From Candidatus Latescibacterota bacterium (GTDB lineage: Bacteria > Latescibacterota > UBA2968 > GCA-2709665), in NCBI GenBank assembly GCA_965219455.1, contig OZ244744.1, forward strand, positions 2,528,001 to 2,592,000: a stretch of DNA of 64,000 nucleotides, given 5' to 3'. Shown here piece by piece: positions 39,350 to 49,783 of the stretch. Positions within the stretch are counted from its first letter, which is position 1; each line of letters starts with the position of its first letter. The notes under the pieces were generated by a model, which was given only the letters and a program-made list of their open reading frames with translations, did not search any database and was not told the origin of the DNA. The position numbers and the translations under genes were made by a program.

Positions 39350-40456
39350 TCAGGGCAAAATCAAATGCAGATCGCCAAATTCATGCCACAGATAACGTTT
39401 GGCGAGCGCGGCGCTATAGGTCAACTTCAGGTGTTCCAACCCCGCCAATGCCTGTAGCATGGACAGATGCGTGGCGCTCGGTTCGTGCAGCCCGGTCAGC
39501 AAACCGTTTACGACTCGCATGGCTCGTTCGGGTGAAATCACGAGAGTTGTCCACCCTTCACCCGGAGAAACCCGTCCGGCCCTATCGGCAACGGTTTCGA
39601 GCGCCCGAACCACTGTGGTGCCCACGGCGATAATCCGCCCGCCATTTTCACTTGCATTGTTGATAACCCGGGTCGATTCGACCGGTACCCGGTAATACTC
39701 CTCATAGGGCGGCTCATCGGCTTCCAGGCTTGCCACACCCGTATGCAGAATCAGCGGCGCAATCTGAATCCCCTTCGCAACCAGTTCCGTGATGCCCTCG
39801 GCTGTGAATGCGCGGCCGGCCGAAGGCATCTCGGCGCTGCCTGCTTCCGTTGCATATACGGTCTGATAATATCCGATGGACCAATTGTCCCGTACATATC
39901 CGTACCGAATGGGCATCCCGTGGACGTCCAGGTACGTTTCCACGTCATAGGGCAAATTCATCGTTGCAATCCACAAACGGACGGCAGCGGCGGGATCTTC
40001 CCGCAAGTCGGGGCGATAGGGTACGTGCAACTGCGCGGATCCGCCACCGGGCAACGTCAACACCTCGCCCGCCCGTGCGTGCGGGAAGGGCCGCGACGCA
40101 TCGGCTGAGCGCACTTCAACCGCCCACATTTCAGCCGGCAATTCCGTCGACAAATGCAGCCTCAGTTCCAGTCCGTCGGACCGAACAACAGGCAACGACG
40201 CTTTGCGGGTGCCGCTTGTGTTAATCACGAGCACGTCGCCCGCGCGTAGCGCCTTGGGCAGATCGCGAAATGCAATGTGTTCAATCGTATCATCGCCTAT
40301 CCGCGACACCATCAACCGAACTTCGTCTCGACTGAGGCCGCGCGCCTCGGGTGGCTCGCCCGCCTCCAGGTGGGAAGGCAGATCAAAGGCCAGAGAGTCC
40401 AGCTTTGAATTCACCATGGTAATGGGCGATACCGTCGTTGGCATCGAATTGGACAT
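39350..40456 (-). CDS. QueA-like SAM:tRNA ribosyltransferase-isomerase paralog
   Basis: YQTVYA..GSAEMPSAGRAF, AVGTTVVRALE, WHEFGD. Confidence 0.88.
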   Translation of the reverse strand: MSNSMPTTVSPITMVNSKLDSLAFDLPSHLEAGEPPEARGLSRDEVRLMVSRIGDDTIEHIAFRDLPKALRAGDVLVINTSGTRKASLPVVRSDGLELRLHLSTELPAEMWAVEVRSADASRPFPHARAGEVLTLPGGGSAQLHVPYRPDLREDPAAAVRLWIATMNLPYDVETYLDVHGMPIRYGYVRDNWSIGYYQTVYATEAGSAEMPSAGRAFTAEGITELVAKGIQIAPLILHTGVASLEADEPPYEEYYRVPVESTRVINNASENGGRIIAVGTTVVRALETVADRAGRVSPGEGWTTLVISPERAMRVVNGLLTGLHEPSATHLSMLQALAGLEHLKLTYSAALAKRYLWHEFGDLHLILP

Positions 40457-40475
40457 AACGTACCCCCTTCAACAA

Positions 40476-41177
40476 TCAACTATCGTTCGTGTTGAATAAC
40501 TCACGCGCCGCGTAGCGACCACTTTCGTGCGAGCCTTCCAGGAGTTCCATAAATCCCGACACGCTCGTGTCTGGCAGAGGTCGGTCGCTGATATCCTCGC
40601 CGGGAAACGCATCTTGATGCATTTGAGTGCGCATGTCGCCGGGATCCACCCAGTAGACGCGCCAATCCGGTCGCTCCGCCGCAAGCACGTTTGAAAGCTG
40701 CTCGAACGCCGCCTTCGAAGAACCGTATCCACCCCAGCCACCGTACGCCTCGCGAGCCGCATCGCTGGTCACATTGATTATGCGTGCACCGGGTTTCAAG
40801 GCATGTTGAACCGCCTGCAGCACGCCCAGGGGCGCAATCACATTGGCGCGATACACTTCCTCCAGGATATCGAGTGGATAATCAAGCAGCGCCGGCTGGG
40901 GACTCGGCCCCAACATACCTGCATTGTTGATGACCACATCCAATCCACCCAGTTCATCAGCAGCGTGAGCGAGTTCCTCCCGGTGTTCCGCCGCTGTCAC
41001 GTCTCCGGAAATGGCGATGACTTCCGTCCACTCTGCCAATTCTTCGTGCGCGGCTTTCAGTGCCTCCGCGCCTCTCGCGTTAATGACCAACCGCCAATTC
41101 CGACGTGCGAGTTCTCGCGAGAGAGCGAGACCCAAACCCCGGGAGGCGCCCGTAACAAGCGCTGTTCGCGTTGACAT
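40476..41177 (-). CDS. SDR family oxidoreductase
   Basis: TGASRGLG, NNAG, YGSSK; RBS aaggagg. Confidence 0.92.
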   Translation of the reverse strand: MSTRTALVTGASRGLGLALSRELARRNWRLVINARGAEALKAAHEELAEWTEVIAISGDVTAAEHREELAHAADELGGLDVVINNAGMLGPSPQPALLDYPLDILEEVYRANVIAPLGVLQAVQHALKPGARIINVTSDAAREAYGGWGGYGSSKAAFEQLSNVLAAERPDWRVYWVDPGDMRTQMHQDAFPGEDISDRPLPDTSVSGFMELLEGSHESGRYAARELFNTNDS

Positions 41178-42519
41178 AGTCGACCTCCTTTTGTTTTGAG
41201 ACGCCAACCGTGATGATTCGCCATTCTCTTGTCGTGGTTGAAATTTAGCTATAAAAATAGCCCCCCGCATCGAACGGAAGGCGTGTTTGAATCCTGTTCT
41301 TTCGGACAGGGTAGTCCTGCCCATCCTATCAGCAATTCCCGCAGACGTTACATCCCGTTGCAATGACCCGGAAGCGCATCCAACCCGCGCCAGTCCCCTT
41401 CACGTCCGGCCGCCCAAAACCCTCCCGCACCCACGTGGTCCTCCGCGGGCATCCATTTGCGACTGACGTTCGCCGGACTTTCAATACCCGACTTACCGAT
41501 TCAACGCCTATCGAAACAGTACGAGGGAATCGCCCACCGCGGTCTTTAAGCCCAGGAATCTCGTTGGCAGGGCAGATGCCGAACCAGGGATGACTATGAC
41601 AGGACCGCCCTCTGTTTGGGTCACCACGACGGTCTCGCTCTCGGTCGCTCCCACTGCAATTGTGGCCTTATCCGCCGACAGGGTGCCGCCCCGCGCCGAA
41701 AGGCTGACGGTCATTTCACGCGGCGCTCCTTCGACAACTTTGATGACGACGTTCGCGGGCCCCGGCGCCGTCCTGTCTTTGTTGTCCTTGCGAACCAACT
41801 CAACCGTCAGGGTAAAGGGCGACCCGGGGTTACCGTGAAGCCAGAGCGTTCCCACCCTGGACAGTCCGGTGAATATCCCCTCAGGAAGCCGGACGAATCC
41901 GCAATCGAACAGGGTGAGGGATCCCAATCTGGGGAGACCCGAGAATACGCCCCTAGGTAGCGTGCTCAGTTGATCGTTTCCAAAAAGACTCAGGCCGTTC
42001 AGGTTTGTCAGTCCGGAGAAAGCATCTTGTGGCATTGTTTTCAATTCATCGTTGCCATAAACGCCCAGGTACTCCAGGTTGGTCAGTCTGGAGAAAGCGT
42101 TCTTTGGAAGCGCGCTCAGCTTGTCGTTTGAAAAGACGACCAGGTGTACCAGGCTGGACAGGCCGGCAAATACACCCTCCGGCAACGTGCGAAGTCCTTC
42201 GTTATTGAAAATGGTCAGGAAACGTAAGCTATCCAGGCCGGAAAACACCCCTGCGGGCAATGTGGTCAGTGGATGGCTGTCATTAAGGCTTATGTACCGC
42301 AGATTGACCAGGCCGGAAAATATCCCGGCAGGCAGCGTGCGTACGTGTATAGTGTATAAACGCAGGCGACGCAAGTTCGACAGACCGGAGAAGACGCCTT
42401 CCGGCATAATCCGCAAACCCGGAGAAAAAAGCCGCAGTTCCTGCAAATTATCCAATGTAGAAAATACGCCTGCCGGCAGTTTGCGTAGGTCGTCATTATA
42501 CAGCCGCAACACCTCTAGA

Positions 42520-44405
42520 CCTAAAATAAGCGAGTATTGGTGTTTGGTGAACAGAATTGCAGATTTGTGCGACGTTGTGGTTGAATGACGTATGTGTGTT
42601 GTCTATTGAGGTGCGCGGGAGGTCGTTTTGAGGTTTGTGGAGTGTAAGTTGGTGTGGTAAAGCGCAGCGTTAGGGGTGTGTTGTTGGTGTCTGGTTGTGG
42701 TGTAGGCGTATTTGTCCGTTACGTCGCCGTGGGCGTCGTGGATCCCGTGGTATGTGATGACGGTTCGTGCGGGTGTCATGTGAAGCCGGTGCGTTCGATG
42801 GTAGCCCAGGCGCTCAAGAGTCTATTCAGTGACGGCTGATAGCCGATGATGCGCACGGTGGTGCTTCGGGCGTGTCGCACGACACGACAGGGAAAAAGGA
42901 TGATGTGTGAGAGGAAGGTCCGGAAGTCCATACGGATATAGTGTCGGCGGTGTTTTTTTCGATGCATCATCAAGGCAAACCACGCCTTGATGTTCCAGGC
43001 CAGCGCGGCGATGACCATGTAGGCCCAGTTGCTGATCAAGTCATACAAGGGCACGCGCAGGGCATTGACGCCGTTCTTGAGCTGTTCGATGACGTTTTCC
43101 TGGTCGCATCGTTTGTTGGCAGCAAAGACGACCTCGGCGGGCGTCAGGTCGTCGCGCGTGGTGATGTAGAAGAAATAGCGGATTTCGTCGAAGAGGGTCT
43201 GCTCACCTTTGGCCTTACTGATGTTTTTTCGCAGCGCCACAACGCGGTAGGGGCGTTTGCACTTGCCGGGCTGGTAGTCAAACTCGGCCACGTCTTCGAA
43301 GTTCAGCGCCAGCTTGAGGTAGCCCCGCGCCTTGACGATACGCTGCTTCTCATTGTCGCGCCGCTGCCTTTTCTGGGGCGCGTGAGGTCGGTGCAGGCGC
43401 TGCCAGTTGGCTTCGTCAAGGGCCTTGGCCCGTGTTCGTAAGGCGTCATTGCAGTCCATCCCGAAGATGAAATCGACGTCCTTTGCCCAGCGATCGAGGT
43501 GAGCCGTAAGCGAAAAGTCCGTGTCGCCGCGTAGGCACACGCGCTTGGCGTGGGGCTTCACCACCCGGATGGACGCATCGATCCAGGGGGCGGCCCCCTG
43601 GTGAGAAGACGCGTTGCCCGGACGGTTGACGATATACAGCACCTCTTTGGTATTGGCCAACGATACGATCAGGGGCGCATACCCCCACACGCCCTTGTAG
43701 GAGATGTCCATGCCGCCCTTCTTCTCCCCATACGTTGGGGCGCTTGTGCCATCCACGTCGATGTACGCTACCGAAGAAAGCAAACTGGCGGCCCGCGTGC
43801 GCCACAACTTAGACCGTACCGCGTTAATGCAGTCCATCAGCCCGATCACGTCAGCTTCCGTGAAGCGACGCGTAAAGTCGCCCGCAGTCGTCGGGTCCGG
43901 GATCAGCTTCGCGTTCAACGCATTCATGTAGGCCTCGTCGTGCCGCAAACGCTCGATGTCTTCCAGACGCGTGCCACCGCACATCACGTTGTAGGCAAGG
44001 TTCAACACGTGATCCGACTCATGATACGGCAGATGAACCTTCAACAACTTCAACTTCTCGTCTATCTCTTCGACCAATCCCAATTTGGTCACCAGACGAT
44101 GCACGGCCGCAATGCCACCGCAGCTCATCGCTGCTGCTTGCGCGCTGACCTCGTAATGCACATAGGTGCTGCCAAACATCGGCTTGCCTTGTGCACAAAA
44201 ACGACCGCCAAGCTTTTGCCGAGTACGTACCTTGCGCCCACAATTAACACTGTTCCTGCGGCTTTCTTTTACCGATATTCTCTTCACCGGAAAGACCCCC
44301 TTCGTTGGTGTATCAACAGACTGTCTGATACTTCTAACTCCAACTAAGATAAGTCTTTCCGGTACTTTTGTACATAAAAATCTCAAAAAACCCGCTTAAT
44401 TAGAG
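42520..44405 (-). mobile_element. IS1380-family insertion sequence with TCTAGA target duplication
   Basis: Ends cctaaaataagcg / cgcttaattagag; tctaga at 42514-42519 and 44406-44411. Confidence 0.92.
42776..44287 (-). CDS. IS1380-family DDE transposase
   Basis: Homologous but not identical to 9190-10719; IDVDGT, RGDTDF, QENVIEQLK. Confidence 0.92.
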   Translation of the reverse strand: MKRISVKESRRNSVNCGRKVRTRQKLGGRFCAQGKPMFGSTYVHYEVSAQAAAMSCGGIAAVHRLVTKLGLVEEIDEKLKLLKVHLPYHESDHVLNLAYNVMCGGTRLEDIERLRHDEAYMNALNAKLIPDPTTAGDFTRRFTEADVIGLMDCINAVRSKLWRTRAASLLSSVAYIDVDGTSAPTYGEKKGGMDISYKGVWGYAPLIVSLANTKEVLYIVNRPGNASSHQGAAPWIDASIRVVKPHAKRVCLRGDTDFSLTAHLDRWAKDVDFIFGMDCNDALRTRAKALDEANWQRLHRPHAPQKRQRRDNEKQRIVKARGYLKLALNFEDVAEFDYQPGKCKRPYRVVALRKNISKAKGEQTLFDEIRYFFYITTRDDLTPAEVVFAANKRCDQENVIEQLKNGVNALRVPLYDLISNWAYMVIAALAWNIKAWFALMMHRKKHRRHYIRMDFRTFLSHIILFPCRVVRHARSTTVRIIGYQPSLNRLLSAWATIERTGFT

Positions 44406-45441
44406 TCTAGATCGGGTGTCAGACCTGAAAACACATCATCGGATACGGTATATACATCACTGAAACCGATCTCCAATACTTTCAAGCTGTCCAGGCCGGA
44501 AAACACTCCCTCTGGCAATGTTGTCAGACCGTTGCCTTGAAGCTTGAGAACGCGCAGCTTGACCAGGCCGGAAAACAACCCGTCTGAAAGAGTTTTCATT
44601 TTGTTGCGGCTCAGATCCAGTTCCACCAGTTTCACGAGACCGGAAAACACTCCCTCTGGCAGCGAGCTTATGTCGTTGAATTCGAGCGATATGGCCCTCA
44701 AGCTGTCCAGCCCGGAAAAATCGTCTCCCATCAGGGCAGTAATGCGCCCGTACTTAAGATCCAGGCTCCGGATAGAGTGCAAATGCACGTCCGTGACCAG
44801 GGCACAGTCGTCCATATCGGGCAGCGCGTTCAGGATGGCACGCCGCACCTGAGGCGTCCGCCCACAAATCCCCGTAGTGGGTATGGTTACCGACTTACCG
44901 AAGTTCCTGGCAAAGATCAGGAAATCAGAAAACCCGACATTTCCGTCACCATCCAGGTCGTATCGGGCCTCGAACGTTTCATCGCCTCGGCTTACCCCGA
45001 ACCTTCGCGCAAACAAAACGAAATCGGGAAATTCCACGACGCCGTTCCTGTCGAAATCAGGATTGGGGTCGGATTGTGACTCAACGCGTACCTGGAGAAG
45101 CTGGGGGCGCGCCTGAGTTGAACTGGCGCCCTCGGATTGCGGTAAGACCTGAGCCGCGGCATTCACGGAGAGCAGGACCGTCGCTCCGATCAAGAATGCA
45201 AGATTGTAATGAGTGGACCGAAACTTCACGGTGGGTTTCCAATTGAGGTGGGATGAGGTCAGTACGCGTTACACCAGTGATTCCCGCCAGCGCCTACGTT
45301 GCCCAGCCGTACGGTACACCCGAATATTCCTCGCTCCGACTCTACGCCGACCGAACCGTGTCAAATAGGGGTCAATGGTAGAATCCTGGACCTTGGAAGA
45401 TCCCGTATTGTCGGGGATGTTTGTCCGCGATTGAAATCAGC

Positions 45442-48198
45442 TCAAAACCCCGAATAATTCGCTTCGCCGATAGACGTGAGTGAACGATCCGCGATTCGGA
45501 CGAAGGCAGATGTTCGCAAGCGGTAGCGTACCGTTCCGGGAATCTCGCGGTGCGGGAAGAACAGATGCCGCATGCCCTCTCCGTCGACCGCAAATCCGGG
45601 GTCGGCATCCAGCAACACGTGTGTCTGCTCTCCGTCGCGCGACACCCCCTGCACCCGGCATCCCCGGGTAGATCCATCGCCGAAGGTCACGATCGCGGTC
45701 GCCCCCTCTAGTCCGTCGCCGATCGGCAAGTCGCCGGTAACGATCAGTGCATCGTACCTCGCGCCGGCATCCTTCCTTAACGTACCGGTCACCTCGCCCT
45801 CATAGGCGCCGCTGCCTTCCAGGGCTGCCTGCTTCCATTTCAGGATCGTTCCGCCCCAGAGTCCCATCACTTCCGGCTGTCCGTCCCGCTCCCTCACGAA
45901 TCCGACCTCGCCCGTTAGCGACAGATCACCCATGGCGACAGCGTCGCCGGTCGATTCAACTTTGTAGATGATTCGGTCCACGACGCCGTTGTGGTGGACA
46001 ACAATACCCACCGCGCCTCCATCCAGCACTTCCACACGCACGTCTTCTATGAATGGCGAGCCGTCGAACGGTTCGTGCACCGCTGCGAACAGACTCGAAA
46101 GAGGCGCAGGGCCCTTCCGGCGCAGAAGGAAGATCGGCATCCGAAACCGATCCAGGAACGCGTCGTTCTCCTCGGCCCGCCGAAACGACATGGCATCGCC
46201 CACGAATACCTCGGCGCCCGCCTGTCCGCGAAGATGCGTCCGCACCGCCACGGGCGAATCGTCAATGCTGAACGTGATCTTCAAGTCGTCCGAAGCCGCG
46301 CCGTGAGAGACGTTCTGGAAATAAGCATAGGCGATATTTCGACCTTCGGCGTCGCCCCGGTCCGACTCTCCGGCGGGAAACCGAACGTCCACGCCCGGCA
46401 GCATGTGCTCGCCGTAGGGCGCAAGGGGAACGCTGACCGTTGCGTCCCCGTCCGCATCCGCGTTTCCGTGCAGCGCCCAGTCGTGCTGCGAGCCACCGGT
46501 CACGCGAAACAGGTCCACCGCGTATACGTCGGATCCCCCGGCGTTCACCAGCAGAAGCGCTCGGCGGTATGTTTCCGCCAACCCCGGATACGCCCGCTCC
46601 CCGCTCGCTTCGACCCACTTCACCCCTTCGAATCCCGGCTCGAAGGCCAACAGACGCCCGTCTGACGGTCCCGATCGGCCCCCGGTGAGCTGCCGCTGCT
46701 CATCGATCACGACCGTATTGTGACACAGCGTGCTCGTGCTCCAGACCCGGTGCCGCGTGTGCGTGTACCCCACGTCCGGCAAGAGTTCGTGGCCTTTGGC
46801 GAACAGACCCATGTTCAGATTGTCCGCGTGTGCGTGTCCGTAGCCGCCCGAAAAGTGAAGGTGAAGCTGCACCTGTTCGTCGCCCGTGCCACGCCCCAGC
46901 CACGCGTGCCCGACTCCGGCCAGCAACGTCGAGACTGAGGTTTTGGGTACCTTCAGGTTTCTGAAGTGCGCCCAGTTGTCGTGCATCGTCATCTGCCGCC
47001 CATCGGGATACCTGCAGAGTTCCAGGATTCGTTTTGCCCGGGCAATCACTGCGATATCCCGGTCCAGGTCCAGATCGTCCAGGCGCGTCCCGTTCTCCGG
47101 ATGCACATATCCGGGCGGGTCGCTATATCCCCGAGCTGCACGGAATACCCTGTTCATTCCCCCCATCGTCATCTGATGATAACCTACACTGCCCTCCATC
47201 CAGAACCCGTCTTCGTAGAACGTCCGCCTGAACAGTTCCCGGCTTTGCCTTACGCCTTCGTGCACCAGCCCGGGATCTCCCAAGACCCGTCCGATCGCAA
47301 TGTACCCTTCGTATATTCGCGGGCCCGCATTGCCGTAATCGGTCTCGTGAAATTGGTCTTGTCGAATGGCGCCCCGGAAGAAGTCGTTCTCAATATGCGC
47401 CTTCACGTCCGTCCCGGCCTCGTCGGAAAGCCGCTCCAGCTCGCCGCTATCATAAATTGAATCGTACGCGAACACCAGGTTTGTGGGCATCTCGTCGTGG
47501 CGCCATCTCCCCCATTTCCCGCCGCCATTGGGATATGGCGGCTCCGTTGCGAATCCCTTCGGCCTGTGGGGCCAGTCGCGGCTGACCAGGAATCCCGGAT
47601 AATACCGCGCGAACGCATCCAGAATCAACGCGGCTCGCCACGCATACACCCGCTCACTTGTCATCTGGTACAGCTCGCCGAACAGTTGCGCGATCCTCGA
47701 AAAATACGACCGCGCCTCACGCCACGCCCTGGCCGAAAACAGATACCTGTACCCGGTCGCGTCCTCTCAGTAGGGATACTCCACCTCCGCGCCCACCGGA
47801 TTCACCACCTTCATCACCCGATCCTCGGGATACTGATCGTTCGGAAAGACCATGTCGCAAAATCGACATTTCACCCGGTGCGGATCGGATATCGACCACC
47901 GCAGCTGCCCCTCCTGCGTCCCCTCTTCACAATTCGGGCAACCCATGAACCGGAAGCCGGTCCTGTCGGGAACCAGAGCCACCATCTCGGCTTCAGTCAT
48001 CGCCATCAACCTGGCAACCACGCGCTTCAACGCGTTCACGCGTTTCGCCGATGCCTCGACGCGATACACCGGGTGCGCCGCCTCGGCGGCGCCGGGCCGC
48101 GCCAGGTCCACTGTCACCAGGCAGCAGATAGCAAGAATCAGAACGACAATCCCGTCCAAAGGAATCCTTCCTTTCTCTTTCTCATCCGGGGAACACAT
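45442..48198 (-). pseudogene. Heparinase II/III-like polysaccharide lyase with in-frame TGA (47767-47769)
   Basis: Signal-like segment, CPNC..CRFC, EGSVGYH, GHAHAD, HNTVVID; ORFs 47767-48360 and 45442-47664 share a frame; start uncertain. Confidence 0.82.
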
Positions 48199-48256
48199 AC
48201 GAGTCCCACGGACGAATCCTGTCCACTTTATCGTGCGTGGCTGGATGTACACGCCA

Positions 48257-49237
48257 TCAGCCCACTCCATCCGTGCGGACCAGCTTCCAGACGTCGGGAA
48301 ACATGTTGTTGCCCGCCACCATCCACAGCGCGTCGTCGTACACGAAAACACTGGCGGCATGCCGCGGCGCCCACGGCGTATCCGGCAGTTCGGACCAATT
48401 CACACCGTCAGAGCTGTACCACACGTCGTTCCGGTTCCAGCTGCCGGTCGCCTCCTCCATCGAACGATGGGCCGCCCCGTGATAGCAGCCTTCCATCACC
48501 CACAGCTTGTCATCCCATACGGCGACATCGTGGTATTGGCGCGGTTTCCAGGGCGCCGCCGGAGTATGCAAGTCCCAGTTTGCGCCGTCGCCGGTACTCC
48601 AGACATCGTTATACATCAATCGGCGATCGATCCGGGGGGTATCGTACGTCCCGCCGCCCAGAATCCAGATCCGGTCCTGAAAAACCGCGCTGCCGCCGAT
48701 CATTCCCCTCTCCGCCCACGGTGAATTTTCGACCACCCGGTTCCAGTTACGGCCGTCCGCCGAATTCCATACGTCGTTAAAGAAGATCTCGTCTTCATTT
48801 GCAAATTGCGGAATGGTCTGCCCGCCCATCACCCAGATTCTGCCATCGAGAACCGCCGTATAGTGCAATACCCTCGGCCCCCACGGGACCGGGTCACAGA
48901 CCAGGTCCCAACCCACGCCGTCCAAACTGCACCACACGTCGTTCTGATAGTGCCCCTGGTTGCAATCTCCGCCCACGATCCACATCTGACCATTGTGAAC
49001 GGCGTAGCCTGCCGTGTGACGTCCTTCCCAGGGGGCTTCCTCGTTCACCTCGACCCAGGTTTCCCCGTCTGTCGAACACCACACCTCGCTGTTGCAGATG
49101 ATTGGAAAATTGACCTTGTCCCCTGGATTCCATCCGCCCAGCAGCCACATTCTGTCCTTGAACACCAGCGCGCCCGCGCCGTCCCGCCCGGCAAACGCCG
49201 CCTGTTCGGTTACGCAAATCCATTCATATCCGGACAT
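48257..49237 (-). CDS. Kelch-repeat beta-propeller protein
   Basis: Repeated W(L/I/V)xGG...NDVWxSxDGxxW..PWxPR units. Confidence 0.88.
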   Translation of the reverse strand: MSGYEWICVTEQAAFAGRDGAGALVFKDRMWLLGGWNPGDKVNFPIICNSEVWCSTDGETWVEVNEEAPWEGRHTAGYAVHNGQMWIVGGDCNQGHYQNDVWCSLDGVGWDLVCDPVPWGPRVLHYTAVLDGRIWVMGGQTIPQFANEDEIFFNDVWNSADGRNWNRVVENSPWAERGMIGGSAVFQDRIWILGGGTYDTPRIDRRLMYNDVWSTGDGANWDLHTPAAPWKPRQYHDVAVWDDKLWVMEGCYHGAAHRSMEEATGSWNRNDVWYSSDGVNWSELPDTPWAPRHAASVFVYDDALWMVAGNNMFPDVWKLVRTDGVG

Positions 49238-49299
49238 AAACCTCTCCTGATTTCACAGTTTAAAACCGCGGCTGATACGTTTCGAACTTCCCTCCGCAA

Positions 49300-49342
49300 A
49301 GAAAAAAGCCTCGCCACGAAGATTACTTGGGGCGGGACGTTT
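49300..49342 (-). terminator. Possible intrinsic terminator/attenuator hairpin
   Basis: Minus strand cgccccaag-taat-cttcgtggcg followed by a T run. Confidence 0.4.
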
Positions 49343-49434
49343 TGTGAGGGGCGCTTGTTGAAACATCTGTCTTGTGTGATTAGTGCGTCGAAATACCTGT
49401 GTTTTGCTACACGTGCTTCATAATCTTCCCCACT

Positions 49435-49565
49435 CCCTAACGTCCCCTATTCCCTTGCCCTTTTTCTTGCTTCGCCCAAGAAAAAGGGCGAAAAAGAAGG
49501 GCGCCGCTCGGCGCGGGGCCGGTTTTTCCGTGAACCACCTCAGTGCCGTAAATGGGAATTGGTTG
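49435..49565 (+). repeat. Repeat family B, partial copy (empty site for the 36-bp insert)
   Basis: Identical to 27155-27230 then continues directly into cggggccggtttttccgtg. Confidence 0.85.
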
Positions 49566-49783
49566 CCCTTTTACCGGGGCAGGCCATCCCAAGCTACGTT
49601 GCTGGACGGAATAGCACGGAAAAACCCCCAACACCGCAACCGTCCGCGTGATAGGTTTGCGCGAGGTCCAAGACAATGAAACGCTTGACGTTCAGGCGCG
49701 GATATCGCGGATTGACGTCGCGATGCCGTTACGCGAATCGGTCTTGGCTGACGGCTGACAGCTGATAGCTAAAGGCTGATTTT

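Larger units (their letters stand above)
41508..45229 (-). pseudogene. Secreted leucine-rich-repeat protein with N-terminal dockerin-like domain, split by IS1380
   Basis: 24-aa LRRs (LPxGVFSGLxxL) on both sides; IS removal restores ..SGLTPDLEVLRLY.. in frame. Confidence 0.9.

Noticed and set aside
41800-44720. Nucleotide-level repeats in the LRR gene as DGR template/variable repeats
   Set aside because: Explained by 24-aa LRR periodicity; no reverse transcriptase or adenine-specific pattern seen
7581-47769. Stop-codon reassignment (TGA as Trp/Gly) suggested by two in-frame TGAs
   Set aside because: Many intact genes end at TGA at their expected C-termini (e.g. 14807, 25605, 29804), TGG is used throughout, and TAA and TAG interruptions also occur
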